Below, in pieces: positions 45,370-58,000 of a stretch of DNA of 64,000 nucleotides. The DNA is from Scyliorhinus canicula (Eukaryota). The notes under the pieces were generated by a model. It saw only the letters and a list, made by a program, of their open reading frames with translations, was not told where the DNA came from and did not search any database. Positions within the stretch are counted from its first letter, which is position 1. Every line of letters begins with the position of its first letter. Made by a program: the position numbers and the translations under genes. Where the stretch lies: positions 124,001 to 188,000 of the forward strand of contig NW_024056010.1 of the NCBI RefSeq assembly GCF_902713615.1. The letters run 5' to 3'.

Positions 45370-45680
45370 ATAATATCTACTGTGCCGAACGAGGCCATTC
45401 GGCCCATTGGGTCTGCACCGACCCTCGGAAAGAGCACTCTGCCTGGACGCATGCCCCTGCTCTATCCCCAGAACCTCGTAACCCCACCTAACGTTGTGGA
45501 CAATGAGGGGTAATATAGCATGGCCAATCCACCGAACCTGCACATATTTGGACTGTGGGAGGTAACTGGAGCAGGCGGAGGAAACAGGAACATACACGGG
45601 GAGAACGTGGGAACACCACACAGACAATCACCCAAGGCTGGAATTGGACCCGGGATTATGGTGCTGTGAGGCAGCAGTGC
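45370..45680 (-). mobile_element. V-SINE, diverged
   Basis: CR1-like tail, V domain and head. Confidence 0.7.
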
Positions 45681-46839
45681 TATTTATGCGTTGGTGGTTG
45701 TTTATAACTATCTATTGCTGTGTATTGATGCCTCCATGTGTATTCATATGTGTTCGTGTTAGCGTTTGTACAAGTCTGCTAATATGTGTCTCCATGTGTC
45801 CACAAGTGTGTTAATGTGGATTACTGTCTCTGAATGGAAATATTTCTGTCATCGTGAAATTCTGCTAATGTATATGTTATTGGTTACAATTGTGCTTCAT
45901 ATTCTTCTGTCAGCCTGCTTGTCTGGTTTTATATGTTTGTGTATCTGTGTGGACACGTGGTTGTATGTGTCTGTTTGTGTACATTTGTGTACCCGCTTGT
46001 GTGTGTGGATTTGTGTGTGTCTGTGTGTGTATACACGTGTGCTTTTTTGTGTTTATGTCCATGTTTGTGAATTTGTGCGCACGTTTGCATGTGTTTTTGT
46101 GTCAAAATATGTGTGGTTCGTTATGTCTGGATGTATGTTTATGCATGTGTGTCTATGTGTGTGTCCATGTATGTGTTTGTGTCTACGTGTGAGCGTGTGT
46201 GTGTTTGTGGGTCTGTGTGCATGTGTGTGTAGTGTCTGTGTCTATATCTGTCTGTGTATTTGTATGAGCTGCCTGTAGCTTTGCCAGTTGTGGGTATTAT
46301 TGGTACCGATGTAGAATATGTTGAACTTTCTGCTTATAAATCTGTTTTCTGTGAGTTGCAAGCTGACATCAGGTGACCGAATGCAAAAATACAAGGAGGT
46401 GCCTCAGGAGAGAACAGTGAAAACCCAGGGAGAATTCAATCACCAGTCTGGATTTGGATTATGGTGAATCAGTTTCACCATACGGATAAGAGGAACAAGA
46501 GTACTAAAAAAAATTCTGTTGCATGAATATATGTTTTAAGAACATCTTAATCATGATGGTCTCTTAAACCCTTCAGGCAGTAAGCTATATGCCGTCTTGT
46601 AATGTCAGTAACTGAGTTCTTAGTCCAGAGAGCCGTTTACTTTCAAACTCCCTTCTTGGGGACTGGGAAGATATTGAGTTAATAATCTCCCTCTCTCTGG
46701 TCAGCTCAGGAAATTGCCTTTGGGTTCTCCCTGCTGGAGGTGGAGATACAGAGAGTTCACTCATCACCTTCCTCCTCTTTTGGTCGGAACGTAGAGGTAA
46801 AATAGGTTAGTATTGCCCCTTTGCTCTCTTTGTTGGGGA

Positions 46840-47480
46840 AGTGTGGGTCCAGTGGATTAAATAATGCCGCTCCATTCATTGTTGGAAGCGGGTGTGCAGT
46901 GGATTAATTCAGCCCCCACCATCGCCTTGGTGGGCAAGTAGAGGTACAGTGTATTAACTAATGTCCCTCCCCTCTCTTTGCTGGGCAGGTGGAGGTACAG
47001 TGTGTTACCTAATGCCCCTACCCCTCCCTTTGGTGGAGGGGGGGGTGGGGTACAGTGCATTGAGTAATGCCCTCTTCCTCTCTATGCTATGGAATTGGTT
47101 TACAGTGGGTTAACTAATGCCCCTCCCCCTCTCTTGAGGAATTGGGGGTACAGTGGATTACCTAATGCCCTTCCCCTTCTCTTTGTTGGGGAAGTGGGCA
47201 GACAGTGGAATAACTATAGCCCCTCCCACACTCTGTTGGTGAAGTGGGGGTACAGTGGACTAACTAATGCCCCTCCCCCTCTCTCTCTTGGGGAAGTGGG
47301 GGTACAGTGGATTATTTAATGCCCCACACCTCTCTATTCGGGATGTGGGGAACAGTGGATTATCTAATGTTCCTCCCCCTCTCTCTATTGTGGAAGTGGC
47401 GGTACAGTGGATTAATTAAAGCCCCTCCCCCTCTCTCTGTTGGTGAAGTGTAGATTCAGTGGATTAACAATTTCACTTTC
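46840..47480. repeat. Degenerate ~50-bp tandem repeat, about 13 units
   Basis: Anchor (t)acagtggattaactaatgcccctcccc recurs about every 50 bp. Confidence 0.85.
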
Positions 47481-47894
47481 CCCTCTCTTTGACTGGGGAT
47501 TGTTGGTCCATGTTTCTGTGTGACCCTCAATTCAGTTCCCAGTGGGTGTGATGCAGCAACTTAAAGCTGACATTAATTTTAAGGGATGGACAATGAGAAA
47601 AGCAGGAACACCGAGATCTAAATGTGATGTTTCTTTGTCTGAAATGGGAACGTGTCCGATTTCTCCTCAGCGGGAGGAAAGCCAATGAAGATATTTTGCT
47701 GAATCCTGGAATGAATGAGTTTTACTCTGTCTCTTACCCAGGGTGTATCTGAGCTGGGAGCACTGATTGTATCAGACTTGGGGCCGAGACCTGTAGAAAT
47801 CCGGGTCTCATTCAACAGATCTAATATCAACAAAGTGGAAGCTCCATTAATTAAGCGGCTGTGTATTTAAATCACAATTGGAGGAAAAAAAATC

Positions 47895-47909
47895 TTTATT
47901 ATTTTTATT
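47895..47909 (-). terminator. Secretory-form poly(A) signals
   Basis: Two AATAAA on the minus strand (47904-47909 and 47895-47900) just after the stop. Confidence 0.75.
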
Positions 47910-47936
47910 TTAGTTCAAAATATAATCAATAGATTC

Positions 47937-48328
47937 TCATTGACATGAATTAACGGTGTCCATCAGAGCGAGGGAAATGTTCACAAAACTGGGTTTACCG
48001 CTGGATTTATCAACCGTTCTGTTGATGATCTTCAAGGGGATGGCTTCATGTCCCACCACACAGGAGTAAGAAGCGCCGCTGGCCCACTCCTCCGCTGCAA
48101 TGGATAACAGGCTGTACATGAAGAAGGAGCTATTGCCGTTCTCCGCCATCACCTCGGTGTTCTTGTAGTTCCCGGGATTCACCGGTTTGTCATTGACGGT
48201 CCACTTGACGAAGATCTCTCGGGGGGAGAAACCTCTCACTAAGCAGCTGAGGGAGACGAATCTCTGAGCGGAGACGTCTTCAGCCGAGGGCAGGAGGACA
48301 GAGACGGACGGTTCCCGCGGATTGGGAT
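47937..48328 (-). CDS. IGHM: IgM Cmu4 exon plus secretory tailpiece
   Basis: ttttctgcag|(D)PNPREPSV...LSCLVRGF...VKW...YSCVVGH...[23 protein letters not shown]; internal donor g|gtaaac at 47999 for TM splicing. Confidence 0.96.
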
Positions 48329-48599
48329 CTGCAGAAAATGTACAATAAATGTCAATAAAATGGGGAATTCCGGAGACAATGGAACCGCGGGGTAGATGTG
48401 AGAGAAATGTGTTTTGTGTTGATTTTAAAGGTTTCCATTTTCCACTTTGGGATCTGTCCGGGTTCCCAGCTCGGAGCAGAGGTGGGCACAATCCTTTTCC
48501 CTGAGAATTTACGGATGTTGGTTCGAAAGTTTCAGAAAATGTACAGCAGGGGAACAGGCAATTCGGCCCAACTGTTCTGTGCTGGTGTATAAACTCCAC

Positions 48600-49810
48600 G
48601 CCAAACTCCCCCTACCTCAAGAGGATTGGAAAACTGCCAATGTAACACCCTTATTCAAAAGGGAGGGAGACAAAAACAGATAATTATAGGCCAGGGACCT
48701 TCGTAGCTGAGCATTTAGACATACAGAGTATAATCAAGCAGGGTCTGCACGGCTTCGTGAAGGGGAAATCAGTGCCTGACAAATTTATTGCCCTTATTTG
48801 AGGTGATAACAAGAAGGATAGAGAGAGGGGGGCCAGTAGGTATGATATACATGAATTTCAAAACTGTGTTTAATAAATGAATGTACTATTCCCACGGCTG
48901 CAGCTGACAAAAATAGAAAGGCAAGTGGTGAGGATTACAGAAAATCTAGAGAGGGACAGAGACAGCTTCAGTCACTGAGCTTGGCAGATGGGACATAATG
49001 TTGGAAAATGTGAGGTTAGACACTTTGGGAGGAGGAAGAACATAACGGAATATTTTTTAGATGGAGAAAGACTGTAGAAAGCTGAAGTAACGGGTGAATT
49101 GGGGGTCCTCATGCAGAAACCACAAAAAGCAAGTTCTGCAGGTAATATGGAGACAAATTGAATGTTGACATTTATTTCAAAGGGAATAGAATATAAACAT
49201 GGGGAAGTCTAGCTCAAACTATACAAGGCATTAGTTAGTCTACACCTGATACACTTTGAATAGTTTTGATGCCCTTATCTGAGGAAGACAGATTGGTTTT
49301 GAAGGCAGCCCAGAGAAGGATCACGAGGTTGATCCCGAGTATGGAGGGATTTTCTTATGGGGAGAGGTTAAATATTTTGGGTTGTACATATTGGAGTTGA
49401 GAAGAACGAAGGCGGCCTAATCGAGACATGAAATATTCTCCGGGAGCTTCTTAGGATATACGCTGACAGATTGTTTTCCCTTGTAGGAGCATCTAGGAGC
49501 AGCGTGCATGGTCGCAAAGTGAGGGTTCGCCCATTTCAGACCGAGATGAGAAGGAATTTCCTCTCTCAAAGGACAGTGAAGCTGTGGAATTATTTAACCC
49601 AGGGGGCTGGAGATTCTAGGTCGGTCGGTATGTTCAAGGTTGAGAGAGAAACATTTTCAATTAGTAAAAGCGTCAAGAGATATGGGGATAAGGTGGGAAA
49701 GAGGAGTTGAAGATTATCACAGCAGATCAGTCATGACCTCACTGAAGGCTGGGCCGGCGTTGATGGGCCCAATGGCCTTCATCTGCTCCTAAGTCTTGTG
49801 GTCTATGGTC
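48600..49810 (+). mobile_element. Degraded CR1 LINE, antisense in the Cmu3-Cmu4 intron
   Basis: DWKTANVTPLFKREG at about 48625; TEMRRNFLSQRTVKLWN at about 49540; CR1 tail at about 49690-49810. Confidence 0.85.
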
Positions 49811-50025
49811 TCGCTCCGTCTAAACCCAATATCACTGTTTTCAATTCATTGTTCATTCTGCTGCATATCAATTTCCCCCTTAAACTCTGAGGGCCCAGAG
49901 TATTTAGTTAGTGGAATTACCAATCAGAGTGGACCATAAATACACTGAATGCTAAATACTGACCGCTGCACTGACACCAGAAATAGACACAATGACTCAC
50001 TTATTGCTTCAGTCTCACCGCTCAC

Positions 50026-50334
50026 CTATTTTTTTGTGTATTGAAATTCTTAAAGGAGTTGGCAGGTCCTGATGGCTCGCCACACAGTCAAACACAGCCC
50101 CACTCAGCCAGGCTTGTGTCGAGATGTTTAATTTGCTGAGCACGCTCTCGGTATCTGCCCCAGGCTGGTCGGCAATCTCTGATTTCAGCGGCTTCTTCGC
50201 TTCACTCCAGGACACGTTGACTCCATAAGGAGCATTCGAAATGACGCAGGTTAAGGTTACAGTCGCCTCCAGCAAGACCTGTTCTATTGGTGGTGGCAGT
50301 ATTGTTACTGAGGCAACAGTGCAAACGGAAGGAT
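50026..50334 (-). CDS. IGHM: IgM Cmu3 exon
   Basis: ttcacag|(D)PSVCTV...LTCVIS...VSW...[22 protein letters not shown]|gtgag; 309 bp, phase 1-1. Confidence 0.95.
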
Positions 50335-50955
50335 CTGTGAATGAAAAAAGTGGAAATCAACCCAAGTTTCATCTTCAGAATAGGACAGCAGGATTCAGCC
50401 TTCACTCACTCAATGGGAATGAATCAACTTCGAGACTTCTAATGATCGCCATTAATCTTCTATACACGTTTGGTCAGTGTAAATTCTTCTCATTATGAAA
50501 TACAGTCAGCCCCGATGCCATTCTAACGAATCAGTATTGCAGCATTCCCAATACAAATACTCAAGTGCTGATCTCAGGAACGAAGTACTGAGGGCTTATT
50601 TATAAATAGATTGGATTGAACTTTCCAACACTTTCGTCCCGGAGCTGTTATCAGTAAAGTGTTTCAGACACCCACTGACTCTCAAATATAATCAGCGGTC
50701 TCAGGATAAAGCTGATATCAAGGCCACCTCACTCACTAAATGACTTCAAATTAGAGCGAAACATGTATTTCTATACTGATCAAATCCTGAATGGTGAACA
50801 ATCCTAATGCAGCTTTTCCATCAGAATGAAACACAAACTACATGGCAGTAAATTAGAAGTTATTCTGTGCTTTGTACTAACTTCAGTAAATTCCTGATTT
50901 GGATTAACATCAGAATGCAGGATGGTTTATTCTTTCCTCTGTTTGTGTGTCTTAC

Positions 50956-51264
50956 CAGACGCGGTGATGTTGTGACTGTGGATGACCTCTTGATGAGTGA
51001 CCTGGCAGGTATAGACCGCTCTGCTGAACCATTCCCCAGCGGAGAGTGTCAGCCGACTGCTCGCTGAGAAGTTCCCGTTCACTTCACAGGCGGGAGAGGT
51101 GACAATTCCTGAACCCATGGGTTGTCCATTCTTCAGCCACTTTACCGTGATTGAATTTGGCTGGAAATCGTTAATTGAACAGACGATGGTTGCAAATTTC
51201 TGTCTTGTGATTTCTTCACTGGAACTCACGGTGAGGAGAACATTTGGAGCATAAATTCTGGGAC
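50956..51264 (-). CDS. IGHM: IgM Cmu2 exon
   Basis: ttgaag|(C)PRIYAPNV...IVCSIND...VKWLKNG...YTCQVTH...NITAS|gtaag; 309 bp. Confidence 0.95.
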
Positions 51265-51471
51265 CTTCAAGAAACACAATTAGATATTTCTTGCAGAAGA
51301 AATTGATGAAAAAAATGAGTTCATATGCTTTAAAACATGTTTGTGGTCAATAGACACAAAGCTTGATTTTCCAGGGATCAGAAATATGCAGAGTATTAAA
51401 ATTAGTTATATCAAAGACCCTATACAAGATAATCATAGGTTTCTGATTCTCACAGATTCCACAACACTTAC

Positions 51472-51771
51472 ATGTCATTCCAATGCTCTTGGCTGAGCCG
51501 CTGTGTCGAACCTCACAGCTGATTTTGCTGCATTCCCCCTCTGACTCGGTGATGGTTAACTGGCTGCTAAGGGTGTAGGTTCCCTTCTTGTTTCTCACTG
51601 ACGGGTATTTCTTAACTCCAGTGTCGATCAGCTGCCCATCTTTCTTCCAGGTAAGGCTGGTGATTTCTGGGGAGTAGTCCATCGCCAAACAGCCGAAGGT
51701 CACGGAGCCGTCGGTGTTGTGTTGCTGGCAGGAGGAGACCAGGCTGTAGAGAGTGGGCGGAGACGGTGTCG
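51472..51771 (-). CDS. IGHM: IgM Cmu1 exon
   Basis: ctctcccag|(A)TPSPPTLY...FGCLAMDY...LTWKKDG...ISCEVRH...GMT|gtaagt; 300 bp. Confidence 0.96.
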
Positions 51772-52109
51772 CTGGGAGAGAATGGCCCATTCAACAGGTT
51801 AGACTCTGGGATTGTATTTATTCAGTAACCAAACATTTCAAAATTTGACGAGAACTATGTGTTTATTCCAACATTTTCCTAACAAATGTTACACCACATT
51901 TCAGCTTCTATTAGTTCTATCATTTGAGAACCAACACCTGTTTGCCCCTCATTAGAAACTCAAATCTTTCTCCGTCTCTATCACATAAAAACAACATGTT
52001 GATGTAATCTGAATGATGAAATTTGCATTGGATTGAAAGCGAAAGCGAAGAGCGGATGATTTTCCCCATTATGTCAGCCATCATGTAAAACAAAATGTAA
52101 AACAAAACA

Positions 52110-52304
52110 AAACATAAACCCGGAGTCTGCTCTCTCCTTTTGAGAGCTGACTGGTGGTGATTTAACCTGAGGGTCACCACACCTCAGGCCAGGGCAAAGG
52201 TTGAGAATGGGAGTCTTTATCAATAACCTCAGCCGGTGCAGCAATTGAACCCGCGCTGCTGGGATTGATCTTCATCACGAACCAGCCGCCCAGCTGACTG
52301 AGCC
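52110..52304 (-). mobile_element. tRNA-derived SINE fragment
   Basis: Head GGCTCAGTCAGCTGG (A-box-like) ... GGGTTCAATT (B-box-like). Confidence 0.6.
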
Positions 52305-52708
52305 GTGTACGTCACAATCCAGCTAACTGAGCTGTGTACGTCACAATCCAGCAAACTGAGCTGTGTACGTCACAATCCAGCTAACTGAGCTGTGTACGTC
52401 ACAATCCAGCTAACTGAGCTGTGTACGTCAAAGTCCAGCTAAATGAGCTGTGTACGTCACAGTCCAGCTGACTGAGCTGTGAACGTCACAATCCAGCTGA
52501 CTGAGTTGAGTACGTCACAATCCAGCTGACTGAGTTTTGTACGTCACAATCCAGCTGACTGAGCAGTGTACGTCACAATCCAGTTGACTGCGCTGTGTAC
52601 GTCACAATCCAGCTAACTGAGCTGTGTACGTCACAATCCAGCTAACTGAGCTGTGTACGTCACAATCCAGCTAACTGAGCTGTGTACTTCACAATCCAGC
52701 TAACTGAA
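52291..52708. repeat. 29-bp AGCT-rich minisatellite, about 14 units
   Basis: Unit ctgagctgtgtacgtcacaatccagctaa. Confidence 0.97.
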
Positions 52709-52792
52709 TGCACATTTATATAATTACAATAAAACTCTACATTTGAGTAATTGCAACAGTCTCTAATTTTAGGATCCTGCACATTCACCAGT

Positions 52793-53136
52793 GGGCAGCA
52801 GGGTAGCATAGTGGTTAGCATAAATGCTTCACAGCTCCAGGGTCCCAGGTTCGATTCCCGGATGGGTCACTGTCTGTGTGGAGTCTGCACGTCCTCCCCC
52901 TGTGTGCGTGGGTTTCCTCCGGGTGCTCCGGTTTCCTCCCACAGTCCAAAGATGTGCGGGTTAGGTGGATTGGTCATGCTAAATTGCCCGTAGTGTCCTA
53001 ATAAAAGTAAGGTTAAGGGGGGGTTGTTGGGTTACAGGTATAGGGTGGATACGTGGGTTTGAGTAGGGTGATCATGGCTCGGCACAACATTGAGGGCCGA
53101 AGGGCCTGTTCTGTGCTGTACTGTTCTATGTTCTAT
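52793..53136 (+). mobile_element. Full-length young V-SINE in the J-C intron
   Basis: Same subfamily as the 12841 copy. Confidence 0.92.
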
Positions 53137-53576
53137 TAACAGCAGGAGGCGGCCATTCGGTCTGTCGAGTCTCCTCCCCATTCAGTAAGCTCCTGCCTGT
53201 GTTGATTGTGCAGTTTCACATTCCGCCTGTCACTGAGACCGGGCTGTCTGCAATCCCCCCGCACCCCGCCCCGCGCTCCCTGTGCGTCCCCCATCTCTCC
53301 GCGGTTCCCGCTGGTTTTCTGTACCTTTCTCCTGGTCCCTTCACTTTCTTTTAGCTCTCTGCTCTTTTTCACGGCTCTCTGCGCTTTCCTCCGCACTTTC
53401 TCTCGACTCGGCATTGTCATCCTGCTCTTTGTGTTGTGCCCATGTGTGCTGCACTTTTCCCAGTTCATTGTGCTTTTCCCGGTTCCTGGCACTTTGTGCG
53501 GGCTTTCTGAGCTTTTCACCAGCACGGTTCGCTTTACCCCGATTCTTATCGCTTATGACCCACTCCATGGATTTTC

Positions 53577-53825
53577 CTCCGGCTCTCTGCTACTCCACCG
53601 GCTCTCTGCACCTTCCCCAGCTCTCTGCCCCTTACCCCGGCTCTCTGCCCCTTCCCCCGGCTCTCTGCTCCTCCCCCCGGCTCTCTGCTCCTCCCCCCGG
53701 CTCTCTGCGCCTTTCCCCGGCTCTCTGCTCCATCCCCCGGCTCTCTGCTCCTCCCCCCGGCTCTCTGCCCCTTCCACCGGCTCTCTCCTCCTCCCCCCGG
53801 CTGTCTGCACTTTCCTCCGGCTCCG
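53577..53825. repeat. ~20-bp C-rich (plus strand) minisatellite, about 12 units
   Basis: Unit ccggctctctgctcctcccc. Confidence 0.92.
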
Positions 53826-53984
53826 GGCAATCCCGTGACATGCAGCCACATTCGGGCGCCACTCGTCATCAGTTTCGCTCCAGTTCTCTATTCCTCCCCC
53901 GTTGCAGACGCTCCCGTGCCCATTTCCTGAGCATCAGTGAGAGAGGATGTGTGAGTAAGTGAGGAGGGTAGGAGAGTGAGTGTG

Positions 53985-55060
53985 GGTGAGTGATTGAGGG
54001 TAGGAGAGTGAGTGTGGGTGGGTGAGTAACTGAGTGAGGGTAGGAGAGTGAGTGCGGTTGAGTGAGTAACTGAGTGAGGGTAGGAGAGTGAGTGAGTAAC
54101 TGAGTGAGGGTGGGAGAGTGAGTGCGCGTGAGTGAGTAACTGAGTGAAGATAGGAGAGTGAGTGTGAGCGAATGAGTAACTGAGTGAGGGTAGGAGAGTG
54201 AGTGCGGGTGAGTGGGTAACTGAGTGAGGGTAGGAGAGTGAGTGCGGTTGAGTGAGTAACTGAGTGAGGGTAGGAGAGTGAAGGTGGGTGAGTGAGTAAC
54301 TGAGTGAGGGTAGGAGAGTGAGTGTGGGTGAGTGGGTAACTGAGTGAGGGTAGGAGAGTGAGTGTGGGTGAGTGAGTAACTGAGTGAGGGTAGGGGAGTG
54401 ACTGTGGGTGAGTGGGTAACTGAGTGAGGGTAGGGGAGTGAGTGTGGGTGAGTGGGTAACTGAGTGAGGGTAGGAGAGTGAGTGCAGGTGCGTGAGTAAC
54501 TGAGTGAAGATAGGAGAGTGAGTGTGGGTGAGTGAGTAACTGAGTGAGGGTAGGGGAGTGACTGTGGGTGAGTGGGTAACTGAGTGAGGGTAGGGGAGTG
54601 AGTGCGGGTGAGTGAGTAACTGAGTGAGGGTAGGAGAGTGAGTGCGGGTGAGTGAGTAACTGAGTGAGGGTAGGAGAGTGAGTGCATGTGAGTGGGTAAC
54701 TGAGTGAGGGTAGGAGAGTGAGTGCGGGTGAGTGAGTAACTGAGTGAGGGTAGGAGAGTGAGTGCGGGTGAGTGAGTAACTGAGTGAGTGTAGGAGAGTG
54801 AATGTGGGTGAGTGAGTAACTGAGTGAGGGTAGGAGAGTGAGTGTGGATGAGTGGGTAACTGAGTGAGGATAGGAGAGTGAGTGTGTGTGAGTGAGTAAC
54901 TGAGTGAAGATAGCAGAGTGAGTGCGGGTGAGTGAGTAACTGAATGAAGGTAGGAGAGTGAGTGTGGGTGGGTGAGTAACTGAGTGAGGGTAGGAGAGTG
55001 AGTGCGGGTGAGTGAGTAACTGAGTGAGAGTAGGAGAGTGAGTGCGGGTGAGTGAGTAAC
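53985..55060. repeat. 40-bp minisatellite, about 27 units
   Basis: Unit gagtgagtaactgagtgagggtaggagagtgagtgcgggt. Confidence 0.95.
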
Positions 55061-55079
55061 TGAGTAACGGTTGGAGTGT

Positions 55080-58000
55080 GGATGAGTGGGAGAGAATGGG
55101 TGGTTGATGGAGTGAGGGTAAATGGGTGAGGGTATGTCACTGAGGGTGGATGGGTCTGGATGGGTGAGGGGCAGTGAGTGAGAGGTGGAGAATAAATGAG
55201 GCTGGCTGAGTGAGGCTGGGAGGGTGAGTTTGTGAGTGAAGGTGTGCAGTGAACATGAGAGTGAAGGTGACTGAGTGAGGGAGGGCGAGGGAGGGTGAGG
55301 GAGGGTGAATGAATGAGAGTGCATTAGTGAGGGTGAATGAGTGAGGGTGAATGAGTGAGGGTGAATGAGTGAGGGTGAATGAGTGAGGGTGAATGAGTGA
55401 GGGTGATTGAGTGAGGGTGATTGAGTGAGGGTGATTGAGCGAGGGTGATTGAGTGAGGGTGAATGAGTGAGGGTGAATGAGTGAGGCTGAATGAGTGAGG
55501 GTGATTCAGTGAGGGTGAGTGAGTGAGGGTGAGTGAGCCAGGAGTGTACGTGACAGTTAGCGGGTGAGTGAGGGTGAGTGAGTGAATGAGAGTGGGTGCA
55601 TGAGTGAGTGAATGTTAGAGAATATGGGTAATTGAATGAGGTTGGGTGAGTGAGTTAATGAGAGTGAGTGTGAGGGTGAGTGAGTGTGAGTAAGTGAGGG
55701 TGAGTGAGTGAAGGTAAGTGAATGAGAGTGGGTGAGGGTGTGAGGTTGAGTGAGAGTGGGTGAAAGAGGATGGGTGCATGAGTGTGTGTAAGTGAGGGTG
55801 GCTGAGTGAGTGTGTGTGAGGGAACATGAGTGAGGGTGTGTGAATGAGGATGGGTGAGATTGTGAGTGAAGGTGCCTGGGAAATGGTGGGTGAGAGATGC
55901 TTTGTGAGTGAGGCTGTGTGTGTGAGGCTGTGTGAGTGAGGGTGTGTGAGTGAGGCTGTGTGAGTGAGGCTGTGTGAGTGAGGGTGTGTGAGTGAGGCTG
56001 TGTGAGTCAGGGTGTGTGAGTGAGGCTGTGTGAGTGAGGGTGTGTGAGTGAGGCTGTGTGAGTGAGGGTGTGTGAGTGAGGATGTGTGAGTGAGGGTGTG
56101 TGAGTGAGGGTGTGTGAGTGAGGGTAGCGTGAGTGAGGCTGTGTGAGTGAGGGTGTGTGAATGAGTGCGGGTGAATGAGAGTGAGTGATTCATGTTGGGC
56201 TAGGAAGTGTGAGTCAATGTGTGTGAGAGAGTGATGGTGAGTGAGGGTGTTATAGTGAGTGAGGCTGTTTGAGTGAGTGAGGTTGTGAGAGTGAGGCGAG
56301 TGAGTGAGTGAGGGTGTGTGAGTGAGGCTGTGTGAGTGAGGGTGTGTGAGTGAGGGTGTGTGAGTGAGGGTGTGTGAGTGAGGGTGTGTGAGTGAGGCTG
56401 TGTGAGTGAGGGTGTGTGAGTGAGGCTGTGTGAGTGAGGCTGTGTGAGTGAGGCTGTGTGAGTGAGGGTGTGTGAGTGAGGCTGTGTGAGTGAGGGTGTG
56501 TGAATGAGGCTGTGTGAGTGATGGTAGTGAGTCAGGGTGGGTGAATGCGAGATGATGGGTGAGTGATGGTGGGTGTGATGTTGAGTGAGTGGAGCTGAAT
56601 TAGGGTAGTTTACTGAGGGTGGCTGAGTGAGTAAGAGAGTGAGTGAGGTGAGTGATTGAGGGTGTCAGTGAGGTTGAGTTAATGAGAGTTGGGAGGGAGA
56701 GTGGGTGAGTCAGTGTGTTAGTGAGTGTGGGTGACTGAGTGAGGGTAAGTTACTGAATTAAGGTAATCGAGGGTGGGTGGGTGAGTGAGTGAGTGAGGAT
56801 GAGTAAGTGAGGGCAGTGTGAGTGTGGGCGAGTGAGCATGGGTGAGTGAGTGTAAGTGAATGAGGGTGTGTGTGTGAAGGTGTGTGACCGAGCGTGAGTG
56901 AGGGTGGGTGGCTGGGTGAGGGTAAGTGAATGAGGGTGAGTGTGTGAGGTTGTCTGACTGAGGGTGAGTAAGTGAGGGTGTGTGGGTGAACGAGGGTGAG
57001 TAAGTGAGAGCAGAGTGAATGAGGGCGAGTAAGCATGGGTGGGTGAAGGTAAGTGAATGAGGGTGAGTGTGTGAAGGTGTGTGACTGAGCGTGAGTAAGT
57101 GAGGGTGGGTGGGTGAGGGTAAGTGAATGAGGGTGAGTGTGTGAAGGTGTGTGACTGAGCGTGAGTAAGTGAGGGTGGGTGGGTGAGGGTAAGTGACTGG
57201 GTGAGTGTGTGAAGGTGTGTGACTGAGCGTGAGTAAGTGAGGGTGGGTGGGTGAGGGTAAGTGACTGGGTGAGTGTGTGAAGGTGTGTGACTGAGCGTGA
57301 GTAAGTGAGGGTGGGTGAGTGAGTGAGTGAGGGTGAGTGAGTGAGGATGGGTGGGTGAGTGAGTGAGGGTGAGTGAGTGAGGATGGGTGATTGATTGAGC
57401 TGAGAGTCTGAATGAGGATGAATGAGGGTGGGTGTGTTAAGCTGAGTGAGGGAGGGTGCGTGATTGGGTTACTGAATGAAGCTGAATGAGGGTCGGTAGG
57501 TGAATGAATGAGGGTGGGTGAGCGAGGAAGAGTGAGTGAGGGAGGATGAATGAGGGTGAGTGATGATGGTTGTGTGAAGGTGTGTGACTGAGGGTGAATG
57601 AGTAAGGGTGACTGAGTGAGGTTCCATGACTGAGGATTAGTGAGGATGCGTGAGGGTGGGTGTGTGAGGCTGAGTGAGTGAGGGTGGGTGAGTGAACCAG
57701 TGTGTGACTAAAGTGGACTGAGGGTGTGTGAATGAGAGTGAGCAATTTATGTTGGGCTAGCAAGTGTGCGTCAATGAGTGTGAGAGAGTGATGGTGAGTG
57801 AGGGTGTTATAGTGAGTGAGGCTGTTTGAGTGAGTGAGGTTGTGAGAGTGAGGGGAGTGAGTGAGTGAGGGTGTGTGAGTGAGGGGGTGTGAGTGAGGTT
57901 GTGTCTGTGAGTGAGGCTGTGTGAGTGAGGCTGTGTGAGTGAGGGTGTGTGAGTTAGGCTGTGTGAGTGAGGCTGTGCGAGTCAGGCTGTGTGAGTGAGG

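Noticed and set aside
45766-46278. 170-aa Cys/Val-rich ORF
   Set aside because: Low-complexity TG-rich intron sequence.
46840-47480. Repeated TACAGTG as cryptic RSS heptamers
   Set aside because: The essential first C of CAC is missing and no nonamers were seen.
53136-53962. GC-rich ORFs of 129-226 aa
   Set aside because: Composition-driven and partly repeat-encoded, with no recognisable domain.
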